Translations under genes and position numbers: made by a program
Shown here: positions 11,969-25,549 of the stretch, piece after piece
How the letters are laid out: each line of letters starts with the position of its first letter
Numbering within the stretch: position 1 is the stretch's first letter
DNA from: Takakia lepidozioides
Taxonomy: Eukaryota; Plantae; Bryophyta
Length of the DNA stretch: 64,000 nucleotides
Direction of reading: 5' to 3'
Assembly: GCA_030704615.1 (NCBI GenBank)
Contig: CM060733.1
Coordinates: forward strand, 61,132,001-61,196,000
Notes under the pieces: model-generated
Databases searched by the model: none
What the model saw: only the letters and a program-made list of their open reading frames with translations
Told to the model about the DNA's origin: nothing

Positions 11969-14900
11969 TCACTTTAATTTGCCATTATACGAGCACTGAT
12001 TCTTGTTCTTAGAGCGGTGGGTATGGCTGCTTCGGGATTCATCCAACTCAGACTCTACAAGCTGCCACCTGGCTACCTCTATACTACTTGCTGGTGCATG
12101 AGACAAAGTCTTGACCTTGTATTTGCGGTGCTTGGCGGGTAGATCAATGTCTTCACCCCTTCCATCTCTAACTCTATCCACACTATTGTCTTCCTGATGC
12201 TTTCTGTGTTTTTTCCGTTTCTTCCTTGACTCTTCTGAGTCATACTCTACAGGCTCTGACTCACCATTTGATTTGGAGCCACTTTGGTGCCTTTTACGTT
12301 TGGGCTTTTCCACATCCTCATACCTCCCTTCATCTTCCACATCCAATTCATAGCCTGTCAGATGCTTCCTATCATGGCGTTGGCTTTTAGAGGAACTTCG
12401 AGCATGCTTCGGAGTATGTTCCTCATTGGGGGTTAGACGTTTGGAATCTTCAGATACAGTCCTCTTGCTACTTCTATGGCGGCTAACCCCCACATTGACA
12501 TGCACAATCTTGCTGTCATCCATCCGTTTGCCTCTATTAGTACGGGCACCCTCCCTTTCCCTCTTTTCATGTGTGACACCATAGAGCCCATCATGAGCCT
12601 CACGCTCAGAGCTGTACTCTTCTCCCTGATATTGCCTAGCACTCTCTCGTTTTGTCTCAAAAGATACAGTCTTGCCATCACGGGCACGAGGGTGTGGCAA
12701 ATGCCGGCCCTTCAAATCATCAAAAGAAACAACATCATCATCGGAAAGGCTGGGACGCCTGCGCAGGTGGTTTTCAACTACTAACCTTTCCGACACATGC
12801 TTGCGCTCAGGCCTGCCACTCTTGTTCTTAAGATAATCAGTCTCATCAGAGTAATTCCTTACAGAGTCACGATCCAACTCACGCTTTCGTGACAGGTTCT
12901 GATGGTCTTCCATAGCAACGCGCCTATCCCCACTTTCTCTACGCCTTCGCTCTGACTCAGGTGTTTGAGGCCGCATGTTCCCTTCCCTCGAGTATAACCT
13001 TTCCTGGGACCATTCCCTACAAAAGCATCCTCGGTGAGCTCTCCTCCTAACTCAATTGCACAAGCATTCAAAATGAAAATGCTCCATTGGATCAAACCTG
13101 CTAGTACAAGGTTACACAGGAAGCAACCCAATAAAGCGAACTTCACTCTCAATTACCTCTCTGAATGATCCTGCATCACCCGGCGTCGACGCTCCCGTTC
13201 TTGCAGCTCCATGAACTCTTCCCGACTAAGAGGTCTGTCCATAGGGCCCACCATCGCTGGCCCACCACCTCCCATAAAGCCACTGAAGGAACAAGCAACC
13301 AGGGTCACGTTGCGGCTGTGGATCTCACCTCTCAAAGCAAATCCACTAGCACATGCATCTGGTACTGGGACAGGGTCCACCACACAACCAGAGGGGGAAA
13401 GAAAAACTGTACCCGTGCATGGGACCACCATGGTACATATGAGGCATGTATTGGGGGGCACCATATGGCGGACCTGGCATCATCGGCGCTCCTTCAAAGG
13501 GAAGGGGACCAGGACCTGGACCGTACATATTTTCCCCATAGCCACCAGGAAAGGGGCGGCCATGCTGTGGCATAGGAGGTCCATGCCAATACATATCCCC
13601 TCCCCCATATGGAGGCATCCCATTTGGGGGCATTGGCACTCCTGCACACACCACCCCAATTTCATCAAAGACCTGCCTTATTCTATGTACCTGACCAAGG
13701 TATGCATTGCATCCTTTACACTTATCACAAAGCAACCCAAAATCACTGACCCCTCTCCTGCTTAGCATGCCCAAAAGCACATTGACTCACACACACACAC
13801 ACTGCCCACATTGGAAGAGTTGAATAGAATTACCAGGACCAAACATTCCAGGATGGGGGTTATATTGAGGGCCTGAATTCTCCATGCAATCACGGACAAG
13901 GTGGTCAGGAGACCCGCAAATGAAGCAGAAGCGATCCGATTGCATCTGCACCATCCATCCTATCCTTTAAACTCACTAGTTTCCTGAGAATGTCACATAT
14001 ACATGCAGACAATCAGATCAGCAAATCTGACTTGCCAAAAGACCAGGTTTCCAACACAAGCTTTGCAGCAAATAGTTATATGCAGGAAGGAGACCTAACT
14101 GACCTTTCTCAGCTTTCCACCACTCATGTAATCAGCAGCTCCATCTCCTACAAGGCACTTTTTTGTCAGGCACTACGGCAAAGCCAACAAGCACAGTGGT
14201 TCTCTATAGCATTGACATTCCACCTGCATGTTGCCCCCTTCGCTTGCTGAAATGAGTTAGTTCAAGCCAATTCTCTAATATCCTTGTTCTTTCTCTTCTA
14301 TCTCATGAGCATTTAAACTTCCTTTTCTGTAGTTTGAAATAGTCCATCAGGGCTTTTGCTGTCCAAAGCATGTCAGTAGAGTCTTTCCCGAATGGAGTAT
14401 GAAACACATCTCTTAGTGCTCGGGACATGTTTCCGTTACCCAAAGTTTGCAGCTACTGCCACCTGACAACTAGACACTGGAATTGGTGCCAACCACTTAG
14501 GTTTCAGTTCTGATTAAAAGCAACCTTGAATCTACAAAAGCTACAAGAACACGAGAAGCATCAGTGATCCTCTCTACCTGCGGTTGGAGGACGTGCACGT
14601 TTCTTCTTCTTTTTCCCTGAGGATTATGCAGCCAGAGCACAGTCAGGGTGTGGCAAGAGGTAAGCCATCTAAAACAGCGAGTGGAATTTGAGGCTTTCCG
14701 TCGTCTTGGTTGGTCTTGCCTTTCTTTAACAACAGTAACTAGCTAGGTAGCCTGCTCGAAAGTATGACATTGGTGACACAAAAATGCCAAGAAGCAATAC
14801 AACCGAAATGGCTTCACAGCATGAAACGTGTTAGTTGTTCTCAACAATAAAAGCAACGCCAAAACCAGTGCACAAGTTGCTAGAGCAAGCAAAGGTGACA

Positions 14901-17900
14901 ATGTAGAACAGCAATCTACACACTCGTGAACCACGAGATGGATTATTAAGCACACTAACACAATTAAATAACATGCTGAAGTGCCTAACAGTAAAGAGGG
15001 ATAAGGAAAGTAAGCCGTCTTTCTGCAACACATTGTCCAACAAGGGCCTGGTACATATAAATGTCTCAATGTGAAGGAGACCAGCAAAATCCACCTTACA
15101 GAAAAGCCTATTCCTACGTCTCCAACCAACACGTGTCAAAAATTCCGTGCCATCCCTCAATGCTCGGAACACACCTTTGCTAACCTCAGACTCCACTGCT
15201 ACCCCTTCCGTCTCCTTAAAAGAGGAAGGCTCCACACTCTTAGACATCATGCCTGCCTCCCCCTCGTCAGTTATCAAAGCTGGCTTCTCATCCTCCTCTC
15301 TCCCAGATACCCCCCCCTCTTCCTTCCCAACAGCCTCTGCCACCTCACCCTTAGAGGGGGGCCCTTCAATAGCATCACCACTATCCTCCCCTGCAGTAAC
15401 CGCTGCCACAGTCACTGCATTAGCCACTGCCATTGCTGCTGAAGCTTCCCCCTCATCTGCTTCCTTCTCCTTCTCCTTCTCCTTAGCTGACTCACCCACT
15501 GAGTGAGCCGGCACCACATCCTTGCTTACTGCCTGCGGTGCTACAACAGCAGCGCTAGAAGGCTTCCGCAATTCGATTTGAAGCCGTGATGCAGCTGGGG
15601 CCAGCACCTTTCCACGTGGGGCAGACTCCACATCTGTAAGACATTATGTGACCGCTTTAGACGGGTAAGGGTACATTTGCCCCACAGACCATGAAATACA
15701 AAGTGCTGCTATATACAAAAACCTTGCACACCCTCCTGCTGGGTAAAATCAAATGATAACTAGGCATTGAAATCAACGAGGAATTGGATGACGATCAGAC
15801 GATCTGCCATCCAATACCTTAAAACTATGTACAATTTCCCAGAGAGTTCATTCATGAACAACCTTCTGGACCGTGGCCATCCATATAGGGCATAAAGCCC
15901 AACCTTCAATATTGCCCACCTTCAGACACTTGATCCCATATTATCCCATATTATCCTCACACGTGAAATGTCATCACTCTAGTGAAGACACTTGCATATG
16001 AGCTAGTTGCAGAACCAAATACTGGAACATATGGTAAGTCAACACAGGTCTACTCCTTGCCATGCTCTTCCGCTAACATGTAACTAGCAAGGAAATACCA
16101 CCGTCACAGACCCACCTCATGGGCAGTTCCAAAGCTTCAACACCCTGCAGGTACTATTTCCCCAAAAGGTATGATAGCCAGCATTTGATGTAATCGGCAG
16201 TGAGTATATGCTTTTTAGCACACTTCACCCTAAGATGGGAAATATGTTATCAGCTTACTTATCGAAGTTCACTTCTGAAACTAATAGCTTTCCATCTGTA
16301 GTCACGCAATCTTGACTCACCAGAAAACAAACAAAACTTGAGCAAGGTGATCGTTGATGAATTTCTTTTCTCCTATGTATTCGTCTCGTATATGTAAGCT
16401 GAGAAGCATCCTAACAAGATAGCAATTTAAGTTACTATACCAGGTGTTTGCTGCTGTTGTTTAAGGAAACCATCAGATGCGCTGCTGGTGGTGACTTGCG
16501 CCTCGAGGAAACGATCAATAGCCTGGCGCAGGGCAATGTTTGGTAGAAGATCGTCATTCTTGAACTTTGAAGACCCACATTGAGGGCACTTCCCCTTTGC
16601 AATCAGTTCTTGGCGTATACCTGCACTCCCAGCTCTTCTGTCAGCTGGGAGCTGAAGATAAATTTTGCTACTAGAACAAGAAGATAAATTTTCGAGTAAT
16701 AAATCCATGTGGGAGATATGAAAACATACATTTATCACAAAAGCTGTAGTGGCAACAAGGTATCATCACCGCATCTCTGAAGATGGCACTGCATAAAGGG
16801 CACCTCAGTTCCGGCGGTGGCTCAGCCATCGTAGGTCTTATAGCCAACAACGCATCTGCTTCTCTTGCAAAGACAGTCCTGCCAGTTCCGTAAGAAAAAC
16901 CTTATTCAACAGTCCCTAGTCCCAATCAGGCCACAAAAACAGGCAAAACCACCTTACAGAATGCATTCGGTGTGAAGCTATGACAACAACATTCAAGCAG
17001 ATCGCAGGGAAGAACAGTCCTGCCAGTTCCATTAAAAACACACCTTATTAAAAGGTCCCTAATCCCAATCAGGCCACAAAAACAAGCAAAACCACCTTAC
17101 AGAATACATTCACTCTGAAGTTGACAAGAATGTTCAAGCAGATTGTAGGGAGGATATACTCATAGGTTACAGGGCCACAACACGACTGAGAGAGGCTAGG
17201 GAACATACTCATCTGGCTGCATGACAGCAACGGAGCCGTCTGGCAAAATGTAAGAACCTTCTTGATCAGCCTTCAACCGTGTCTTTGGGATCCCAACTGG
17301 CAGCTTCACTCTCCTCATATCATATGTGGGGTCACCATTGGTTGGACAATGCTGAATAAAATGACCTTCAGCACCAAACAGAATAAGATGAATAAGATGC
17401 CATGGCCCACAATGAAAGAACACATGCACAATAAATAAGCAGGATGGATGTGTGTGCCTACCTGGCTGGCCACACCGATGACAGACATAGCCTTGTGGTG
17501 GTGTTGCTCTTCCAAATCCACGGCCTGTCACATAGAAGTACACAGACATTTAATCACCAGGAAAACCAATCGCCTGCTGAGTGTTCAGCAGCACACAACA
17601 AGAATGAACAAACAAAGGGTGGCCACAAACCTGTCCCTCTGGCTGCACCTCTGCCATAGCCTCCACGCCCATAGCCTCCTCGCCCACCTGCAAATGCCTC
17701 CTGCGTTTGCCTGCCCCAGTGACATCCATGGCCACTCAATACCAGAAACCCTAATCCAAATTACAAGAAGCAATGGAAAAGGAGGGCATGCAAACCTCTG
17801 CCAATCAGATGCTGTCTTGTTGACCATCGCAGCAATACGGCTGTTCTCATCTGAGTCAATTCTGCTAGAGGGCATTGGCTCAGGAACTGCATACAGATCC

Positions 17901-18845
17901 ACCCCAAAATCATCCATACTGTCTGCACCTGGATTCTGCACCCAATAACAAATAATATCAATCCCGTGCCACAGACACCCTCGCACAGGCACATATACAA
18001 CCAGGTACAGAAATGCCACAAGAATGGCCATTAGGTGGAGGTAGGAAAGTAACAGTCAACTCACAGAAAATGCAGGAGGCTGTGCCGAGATATCTGAGCC
18101 CCTGCTCTGATCTGCGGATGCCAGGTCTGGCGCTTGAGCTTTGGGCCTGCGTACATGCAAGAAAGGAATTACAACGGTCACCACCGTCCTATTGCTATTC
18201 ATAGAACCTGATGCGACCCCCTATTTTCAGCGCCACAATGAGCATGAAGACGCCTGCTTTCAAAAGAACCACCTGAAGCTTCCCTGTGGTGGAATCATAA
18301 AACTAACCGAAAGAACAAATTGCACTAGAGCACCTGAAATTGCTAAAAACAAAACAGACATAATCTGCACAAGAGTCTGAGATCTTACTCGTCGTCAACA
18401 CGAAGGATCGGCTTTGGCCGCGATGCAGGAACTCGCTTGATGATGAGACTCGTATTCTTAGGCACAAGAAACGAATCATCCGAGTATTCTACATAAGATC
18501 CACGCCCCCATCACAATCCATATAAAAAACTCGTACTTTGTGCGCCAGTTCACAGAACGGCATGGCAACGACAAAACATCTCTAGCGACACGTGATGAAC
18601 AAAACAAATTTCTTCAGTTTAACAATGAAACCCTCGACTGGGTCAAAGAATCCTAGTACAAAGGGAGTAAGAAGCTAACCATCTCCAGTTTGCGCGTTGG
18701 TGATAAGAAGATCAAAATCTGTGGCTCGGCCCAAATTCTTATGCTCAACAATTTTATCCTTAAGAGACGCAATTGAGATGAAGTGGCCCTCAATGTTGAT
18801 AGAGTCATATTCTACAGCACTTCTGAACTTGAAGTGAACGGCCAT
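11969..18845 (-). CDS. DWNN + CCHC zinc knuckle + RING E3 ubiquitin ligase (RBBP6/MPE1/PQT3-like), multi-exon
   Basis: MAVHFKFRSAVEYDSINIEGHFISIASLKDKIVEHKNLG (DWNN); PPQGYVCHRCGQPGHFIQHCPTNGDP; RING CPLC...PCCHYSFCDKCIR...CPQC...LLPNIALRQAI; second knuckle CFICGSPDHLVRDC; long Arg/Ser/Lys-rich last exon. Confidence 0.93.
16873..17155. repeat. 141-bp tandem duplication in an intron, including the 3' splice acceptor
   Basis: ACAGTCCTGCCAGTTCC...CCCAATCAGGCCACAAAAACA... present at 16873 and 17014. Confidence 0.85.
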
Positions 18846-19451
18846 GATCCCACACAGACGCAGCAAGTAGCAGAGATGGAGAGGCCACGGTATGCGGCCT
18901 TGTGTTCTCTGCCGCGGGCCTAGCAAGCACGCATGGGGCAGAGAGGCAGCCCTAGCGAGGGATGCTAGGCACGCACCGTCGCCCTGTCCCTCCCCGGAAG
19001 CAACGCTGCGCTCCCCTTTTCCGTCGTCATCCCTAACGCCCTAGCATCCTCCATCACACCTCCCGTTCATCCCTTAATCCTGACCAATCAAAGTGTGATG
19101 AATGCTTACCATCCATCGTCCCTCTTTTCATTCAAGCTCTGCCCACCTGCTCTTTGTTTAGATTGCACTAGTGTGGCCTGAGCATGCCCAGCAGCGGCTC
19201 ACTAAACTGCCGCGCCATCACTATGTTCGCGAGGCGTATGGTGAGGCAGACAAGCTAGATAGTGCGTGGCTGGGAAGAGCCCCAGCAGCAACCCACCATA
19301 ACCAGAGGGGAGTAATGGCGCCAGGCTGAGGTGACCATGGGCCCGCCACCAGCCCGCCACTCGTCATGACATTTGAGGCTAAGTGGCAATAGCGTGGGGG
19401 AGAATGCCACACGCCAAACACGCTGTACATAGCAGGGGAGTGGGACGAAAC

Positions 19452-20191
19452 CAGTGTGGCCGGGTATGGCATCTGGACATGCATATCCGGCGGTTATTTG
19501 CCGGTTATGCATATATGCACAACCGGAAAGTGTAGCCCCTGCAGGAACCGGCTATGGAAGGAACCGGCAAAAGCCATGGAGCTTCCTAACCGGCTAGAGA
19601 GCCGGCATCGTGATTGTAAGGATGTCATAGAGGCGGTTCTAGATAATACAAGTCATGTTTACAGAGATGGACAGATCAGGGGAATGTTATGTCTTACTAG
19701 TTACAATACATTTACAATGGTTAGGGAGAATGTCCAAGTGGATAGGAAATTAATTAGTTGGGCATTTGGCTAAAATAATAGTTGTAGGCTGTAAGCTTAG
19801 GGTATTACAAGGGTAGAGCCCCCAAAGATAGATGACAGGAGTTGAACATTTAAAAAACAGATCCACGGGCCAACATACGATTGGCTTACCACCAGGGCAG
19901 AGCCCTCATGTGTAGTTTTACACACATACACAAAAGAGTCTAGAAAAAATAAAAAAATAATAGTGGATGAATCCCATAACCAGTACCATGGAACCGGCAT
20001 TTTTTAAGATGACATAACCAGTAGACTGAGAACAGGACAACAAAAAAAATTCATGTGTTTAATGAGAACCTGTAACCGAGATGTTTTTTAAACCTACTGG
20101 TATACCCTGCCCCGACCATCCATTTTTTTCAAAGAGTAGGCTATAACCGGGATTGGAAGAGGGCTCAAAACATCGTACCCGGCCAACACTG
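19452..20191. mobile_element. Non-autonomous hAT element (740 bp)
   Basis: TIRs CAGTGT(T)GGCCGGGTA; perfect 8-bp TSD GACGAAAC (19444-19451 and 20192-20199); many subterminal AACCGG motifs. Confidence 0.9.
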
Positions 20192-20685
20192 GACGAAACT
20201 TGGTGAGGCTCACCATTTTGAAGCCTGAGAGTGTGTGGCTGGGGACACGCGATCCCTTCCCACATTGGCAGCGGCACTACTTTGAAGATAGAGCGCCAAT
20301 TAGAGCGCCTGCTAGGCATGCTCATAACCGAGGTTTGGAGGCATTTTGCCTATGTGGCAGCGTTTAATTTGTCCTGGACAGGCCTGTCACCCGCCGTATT
20401 CCACCACCACCTTGGTTATGGGGAGGCTTGACCGGCTACCGGGTGTAGTGGGACACCAGGGAATCCCTGGACGCTTTCGCGCGTCTCGGCAGTGCTGGTG
20501 TCCGGCTACACTCCGTAGCCGGTCTCGCCTCCACGGCTACCTAGTCCTCAACTTCCGATGTGGGTCAATCCACCTATTGGTATCGCAAAGGTGTACCTGC
20601 TTACTGGAATGCAATAGCCGACACCATAATTTACGCTTTCTTGGGGGGGGGGGGTCAATTGACTATGTTTTAGGAATTTCCAAAT

Positions 20686-20880
20686 ACTTAAAATTCAATA
20701 TCTCCCACACTGCAGGTCCAAAAATTATGAAACCGCCTATATGCAACCCGAACTCATCAAGGGCTTTCCAGCGGTATCAAGACCCCAGTCGGAAGCCTTG
20801 CAGTTTGGGAGATCTCCACAATGCTACCAAAAAAAAAACAAAAAAAAAACAAAAACAAAAAAAACAAATCAAATCAAATT
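20686..20880 (+). repeat. Dispersed repeat A, copy 1
   Basis: AAAATTCAATATCTCCCACAC...GGAGATCT...A-rich tail, similar to 23133-23290. Confidence 0.65.
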
Positions 20881-22293
20881 AGCAAACATCAAAGATTTTG
20901 CCTGCCCAGTCTGGCAATTCGGAGGAGGATTAAAAAGCAGAAATCTAGGCCTAGTGCCACTGGCACATTATGCCATTTGCACACTAGCACATTACCATAC
21001 ATAATATGTTTGATTACTATGACCCAATCATACTAGCCCTTCGTCAACACGGTTGGAAGTGTTCCAGCCCCTCTCAAGGTTATTACCGCAGGGTCGGGGG
21101 AGATGGACATAGTCATAATATCCATGACTTGAAAGAGAGCCTTAGCTTGCTACCCAAATACACTACACCTCTTCTGTGAGCCTTGCACTTCACATCAATC
21201 ACATCGCTCACATGAGGCTCACATCTATAATTCTCAATAAGCAAAAGATTGAAAATGGCCAGCTAGCCACTAGAATTATCCATTAAATCGAGGGGATGGA
21301 GGGTGAGTTAGGTCAGTTTGGCGAAAAGACATGTTGAAGTGCAAAAAATGTCAAAAGAGCAAGCAATCAAAATCGAAGGAAAAAGCAAGAGGACTGAATT
21401 CAAAATAGCACAAAAATGAGTGTACAACGAGTTTCATCCTGTATTTGCTTTTTGGCATTCCTCTCCGAGTATGTGGCGTAGTGTGGAATGAAGTCGGTAG
21501 GGAGGCCGGTCGGCCCACGCTCACATAAGGGAAACACGTGCGCACAATGCGTGGGCCCTGCTGTCGTCCCTAGTTCTATCAGGTCGACTTAATGGATATG
21601 CACAAAATGCCCACGAGAAGCATTGTCCTGGGGATGTATCGGGGGGAGGGGATGGTGACTTAACGGATAACTTTACTTTATGACAGGTTCGGATAGAGCT
21701 CACCCCTAAAAAGGAGCATTAGCTCTTATTTACGCTAGCCTCGATTGGCGTCATATATATATATGTATTTGATTAGGACTTACAGGCCAATGACATGTGG
21801 TAGAGACAATCGTGGTAGAGACAATCGCAAAGAACTGGGGATGATTTCTCTTTGTCAATATTTGTTCGTTATACAGCATAATAGCCAGCCACGAGTAGTA
21901 AGGCATTATAAAAAAGTATAATGCATAGTGCATTACACGCCCGACATTTTTTTATCTTTACCTCCAAGATCTTTTCATTCACTAGTCCCATCTCTTTTGA
22001 TCATCTTTCCATTGCATTCAAACTCAAAAGAATCATCCCATTCCTTTATGTAGGGGAAGGCCCCTCGTGTTGGGCATTCTTGGATTTTTAGGCATGCGCT
22101 TCGGGCTGCCGCCATGGGCTTGAGGCCCTTTAATCCAGGAAAGCCCTCCACTCATGGCTTCCCCTTATACTTTAAGGTTATGGAATGGGCCCACCAAATG
22201 CCATTATGGAGGTTTCGGCGACAGCTAACAACCACCTTACCCACCACAATGGAATCTAGGGCCAATCCATGGTACTTAATATATTCAATAGTG

Positions 22294-22431
22294 GACAGCC
22301 AAGTTGTAACCCTTTGGTAATGGGTGCATACCACCTCAGAAGTGGTTGTGGGTTCAATCCACCAATTGGTGCCCCACAAAAGCATCCACCTTCCTGTGGG
22401 AAGCCAGTAGCCCTTGGGTGTCGAGAGACAC
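22294..22431 (+). mobile_element. tRNA-derived SINE-like element, copy 1
   Basis: B-box GGTTCAATCC at 22351-22360; similar to 22881-23019. Confidence 0.55.
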
Positions 22432-22436
22432 CATAT

Positions 22437-22785
22437 ATTAAACATTCTAGTGACGACTCAAGGTCGAAGACTAGTTTTAGTGTGGAGCAAGAATAGGGTG
22501 CCATAGTTTCACGTCATCGTCATTGCCATCATTGGTTTAAAGCTGCATGGATTGCCCAAAAAATTAAAAAATTAAAAAATTAAAATCGTTCTTTCTGCCG
22601 GTCATCGTCGCCACGTTGCAGAGGTCATATCACCAATCAACGTAAATTCTTGAAGCTGCCCGAAATGACCCAAAAGAATAGAATTATTAAAAATCATTTT
22701 TGTCAAATCCTTGTTCTAATATTTCTTTCTTTCTTTCTTTCTTTCTTTTCTTCACATATTCAGTAAATGGTATTGCACTTCCAAT
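22437..22785. repeat. Dispersed repeat B, copy 1 (~350 bp)
   Basis: TTCTAGTGACGACT.AAGGTCG.AGACTAGTT...TATTCAGTAA...GCACTTCCA shared with 24311-24648. Confidence 0.7.
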
Positions 22786-22880
22786 TATCACTTTGATTTG
22801 GTGGCATAGTAGCACGCAGCCCTAGTTAGTATATTGACTGGTGTGGCCTATGTCGTGAAGCACATATTGTACCGTTGTTT

Positions 22881-23019
22881 TGACAACCAAATTGTCGCCT
22901 AATGATAATGGGCACATACCACCTCAGAAGTTGTTGTGGGTTCGATCCACCGATTGGTGTCACAACGATGTCCCCCTTCCTATCGGAAGACAATAACCCT
23001 TTGCCGGGATCTAGACACA
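22881..23019 (+). mobile_element. tRNA-derived SINE-like element, copy 2
   Basis: A-box-like TCGCCTAATGAT, B-box GGTTCGATCC at 22939-22948, acceptor-like pairing TGACA(A)CCAA / TTGGTGTCA. Confidence 0.6.
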
Positions 23020-23132
23020 CTGAAATTTACAGTTCCTTCCGGAGGCGTCATATATTATTGTTATTATTATTACCATAGTTTCATATTCCAAAAATCCCAA
23101 TTTACGATTTTACATGAATTTCCGGCAACAAA

Positions 23133-23290
23133 CATAAAATTCAATATCTCCCACACCGCGATCCAAAAAGTATGAAGATGCACCCGTACTCAATGAGGGT
23201 TTTCCATTAGGATCAAGACCATTGGCAAGAGGCCTTGCGGTTTGGAGATCTGAACGGCGCTACAAACAAAACAAACTACCAACACTTAAT
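23133..23290 (+). repeat. Dispersed repeat A, copy 2
   Basis: Similar to 20686-20880. Confidence 0.65.
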
Positions 23291-24310
23291 GGATTGAAGA
23301 TTACATAATAGTGACAACCCCGTAAAGGAAGCAGTGTTACAACTTCTTTTTACGCTAACTTCGTTTGGCATCATATATACACATACATTCTACGTAAAAA
23401 AACTGATAATTTGTATAATTAGAGTTAGTTGTATGAATCTGACCCTCATTCAGATAACCAACCTTGAGAGGGATACAATGTCCAAAAAAGTTTTGAAGAC
23501 TAATAAGCAAAACAACGTGAAGCACAAGCATTTTGGGTCGGAAATGACTGGAACATGGAGGTTTGCAATCAATTGTTGACCGTGAGTAGACAGTCTTGTA
23601 GTATCATGACTTGTGACTCAAAAGACTTCGTGTTTTGCGGAGTATTTTCAAGCCCTGCCACACGTCAACAAATAAATTGTGCACATTTTTAAACATGGGA
23701 AGGGATAAGATATAAGCAAATATTGGGCATATCGTCATAATCACGGGCAATGGGTGAGCATGTAAAATGGTTCTTAGCCCCCCAGAGAGGAAGAAGGCCC
23801 TCAAGCCCAACCATGAATTCTTAGTTAGAGAGGATGGCACCTTATGGGCACGATTTTTCCGCCTGTTGAGGACGGCCCTGTATGTTGCGTAAGGTTCCAG
23901 CTTGTGTGAGCCGCCCGATCAAGGAAATCCCAGCCATCAAAATCCAAAACCTTACGTAGGGTGAAGCCAACGGATGGGGCCTTCCTGCAACTGGCATACG
24001 CAGGGTGTAAGGTACTTGGCTTCTAAACTATTACATGTGGCAGCATGTGCTTACACTGGGGAAGGTCCCCAGTAGAGGGTGTTCCTGATTTGAGGGCACC
24101 AAGCCAAGGGCCGTCAAAATTTATCATACTTTCAGGAATCTTTGCATTCAACTGGAAAAACCTCTACATGGTAGGAAAGACAATACGAATAATGTTAGAA
24201 CTTAATGGACCCCTGCGATCTGACGATACTTTTGTCTTACTCCGGCAACGTGGCCTCCTCCGGCGGGCCTTTGTCAAATCCTCCTCAACCCCTCTTACCT
24301 CAAATTCACT

Positions 24311-24648
24311 ATTAAATTCTAGTGACGACTAAAGGTCGGAGACTAGTTCTAGTGTAGAGCATGAATAGGGTGCCATAAAGCGACATCATCATCATGCCAT
24401 GTCATCATCAGCGACATAAGTTTAAAGATGCCCAAACTGTCCCAAATATTTTGAAAATAAAAAAGACGTCATTTCTGCCATTTCCTTGTCGCCTTGTTTT
24501 GGAGGCCACGTCATCAATGTACATTCTTGATTGCCCGGAACTATAAAAAAGTGAAATATGAAAATCATGTTTTCCAAATCTGCTCTGATATTTCTTCCTT
24601 CCTTTCTTTCTTTTCATCACTTATTCAGTAATTGTTATAGCACTTCCA
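24311..24648. repeat. Dispersed repeat B, copy 2
   Basis: Direct-orientation similarity to 22437-22785. Confidence 0.7.
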
Positions 24649-25119
24649 CATAATGTGGTAATGCCACATTAGCACTTCACATTACACCACATAATGTGCT
24701 ATAACACCACATTCAAATTTACTAATATTTGACGATAATACTTGAGGCCTGAAAATATCTGGAGAGAACCCTGGGTTTATCGGATTGATTTTGCAAAAAG
24801 GCCAGATAAACGCCCATGTCGGCGCTCCATCACCACCCCCACCCTGGATTAAACCCCTTAATAAACATGATAATGGTAATAGCTACTGAAATGTGAAGAC
24901 TAGCTACTGAATTTTTATCTCTTGTCTATATTTTGAATAGGTAGAAATGTAGATATATTAATATATTATAATTACACATCATTGAAATCAAACAAATTCA
25001 TATTGAAAATGAACTCTAACAAGATGATAGGCTTGGTTCGGACCTATTGAATCTTTTCCACCCTCCCTTGAGAATGACATGGAACTCAAGGGAGTCAGTT
25101 GGGTTACAATGGGTTACAA

Positions 25120-25549
25120 AGAGGGAGTGTGGACTCCAATCGGGGTTACACGGTGGGGAGTGTAACCCCACTTGGGGTTACATGGCAAGAAGTGTAATTT
25201 CACTCAATAGAACTCACACTTGGTCTCAAAATTTGACTAAATTTAAAATGGAGACATATGAGGTACACAATACGGAAGGGGTGACATTACCACCCATCAA
25301 AACCCAAACCGTCCACCTCATCGCCTCCACTACCATCACCTTATCTTACCAGAGTAATGCCATGTGTCTTGTGTGTAACTCTTCTTAGTCCATTTTATAC
25401 TTAGCCAAATTTGAACTTAATCAAATTTCGAGACATGTGTGAGTTACAGTGGAGTTACACTCCAATATGGGTGACCCAATGTAACCCCAACCCCAAGTGG
25501 AGTTACACTCCCCACTGGGTAACCCGGGTGCGAGTTTACACTCCACTCT
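25120..25549. mobile_element. MITE, probably PIF/Harbinger-type (430 bp)
   Basis: ~65-bp imperfect TIRs (AGAG(T)GGAGTGT...GGGGAGTGTAAC.CCACTTGGGGTT); CAA on both flanks as a candidate 3-bp TSD. Confidence 0.65.

Noticed and set aside
22446-22476. Helitron 3' end (hairpin + CTAG)
   Set aside because: Similarity between the two copies continues ~300 bp beyond the CTAG, so the terminus is not supported.
22881-22965. Functional tRNA gene
   Set aside because: Only the B-box and acceptor-like stem are convincing. There is no clean anticodon arm and similarity to the second copy extends downstream, as in a SINE.
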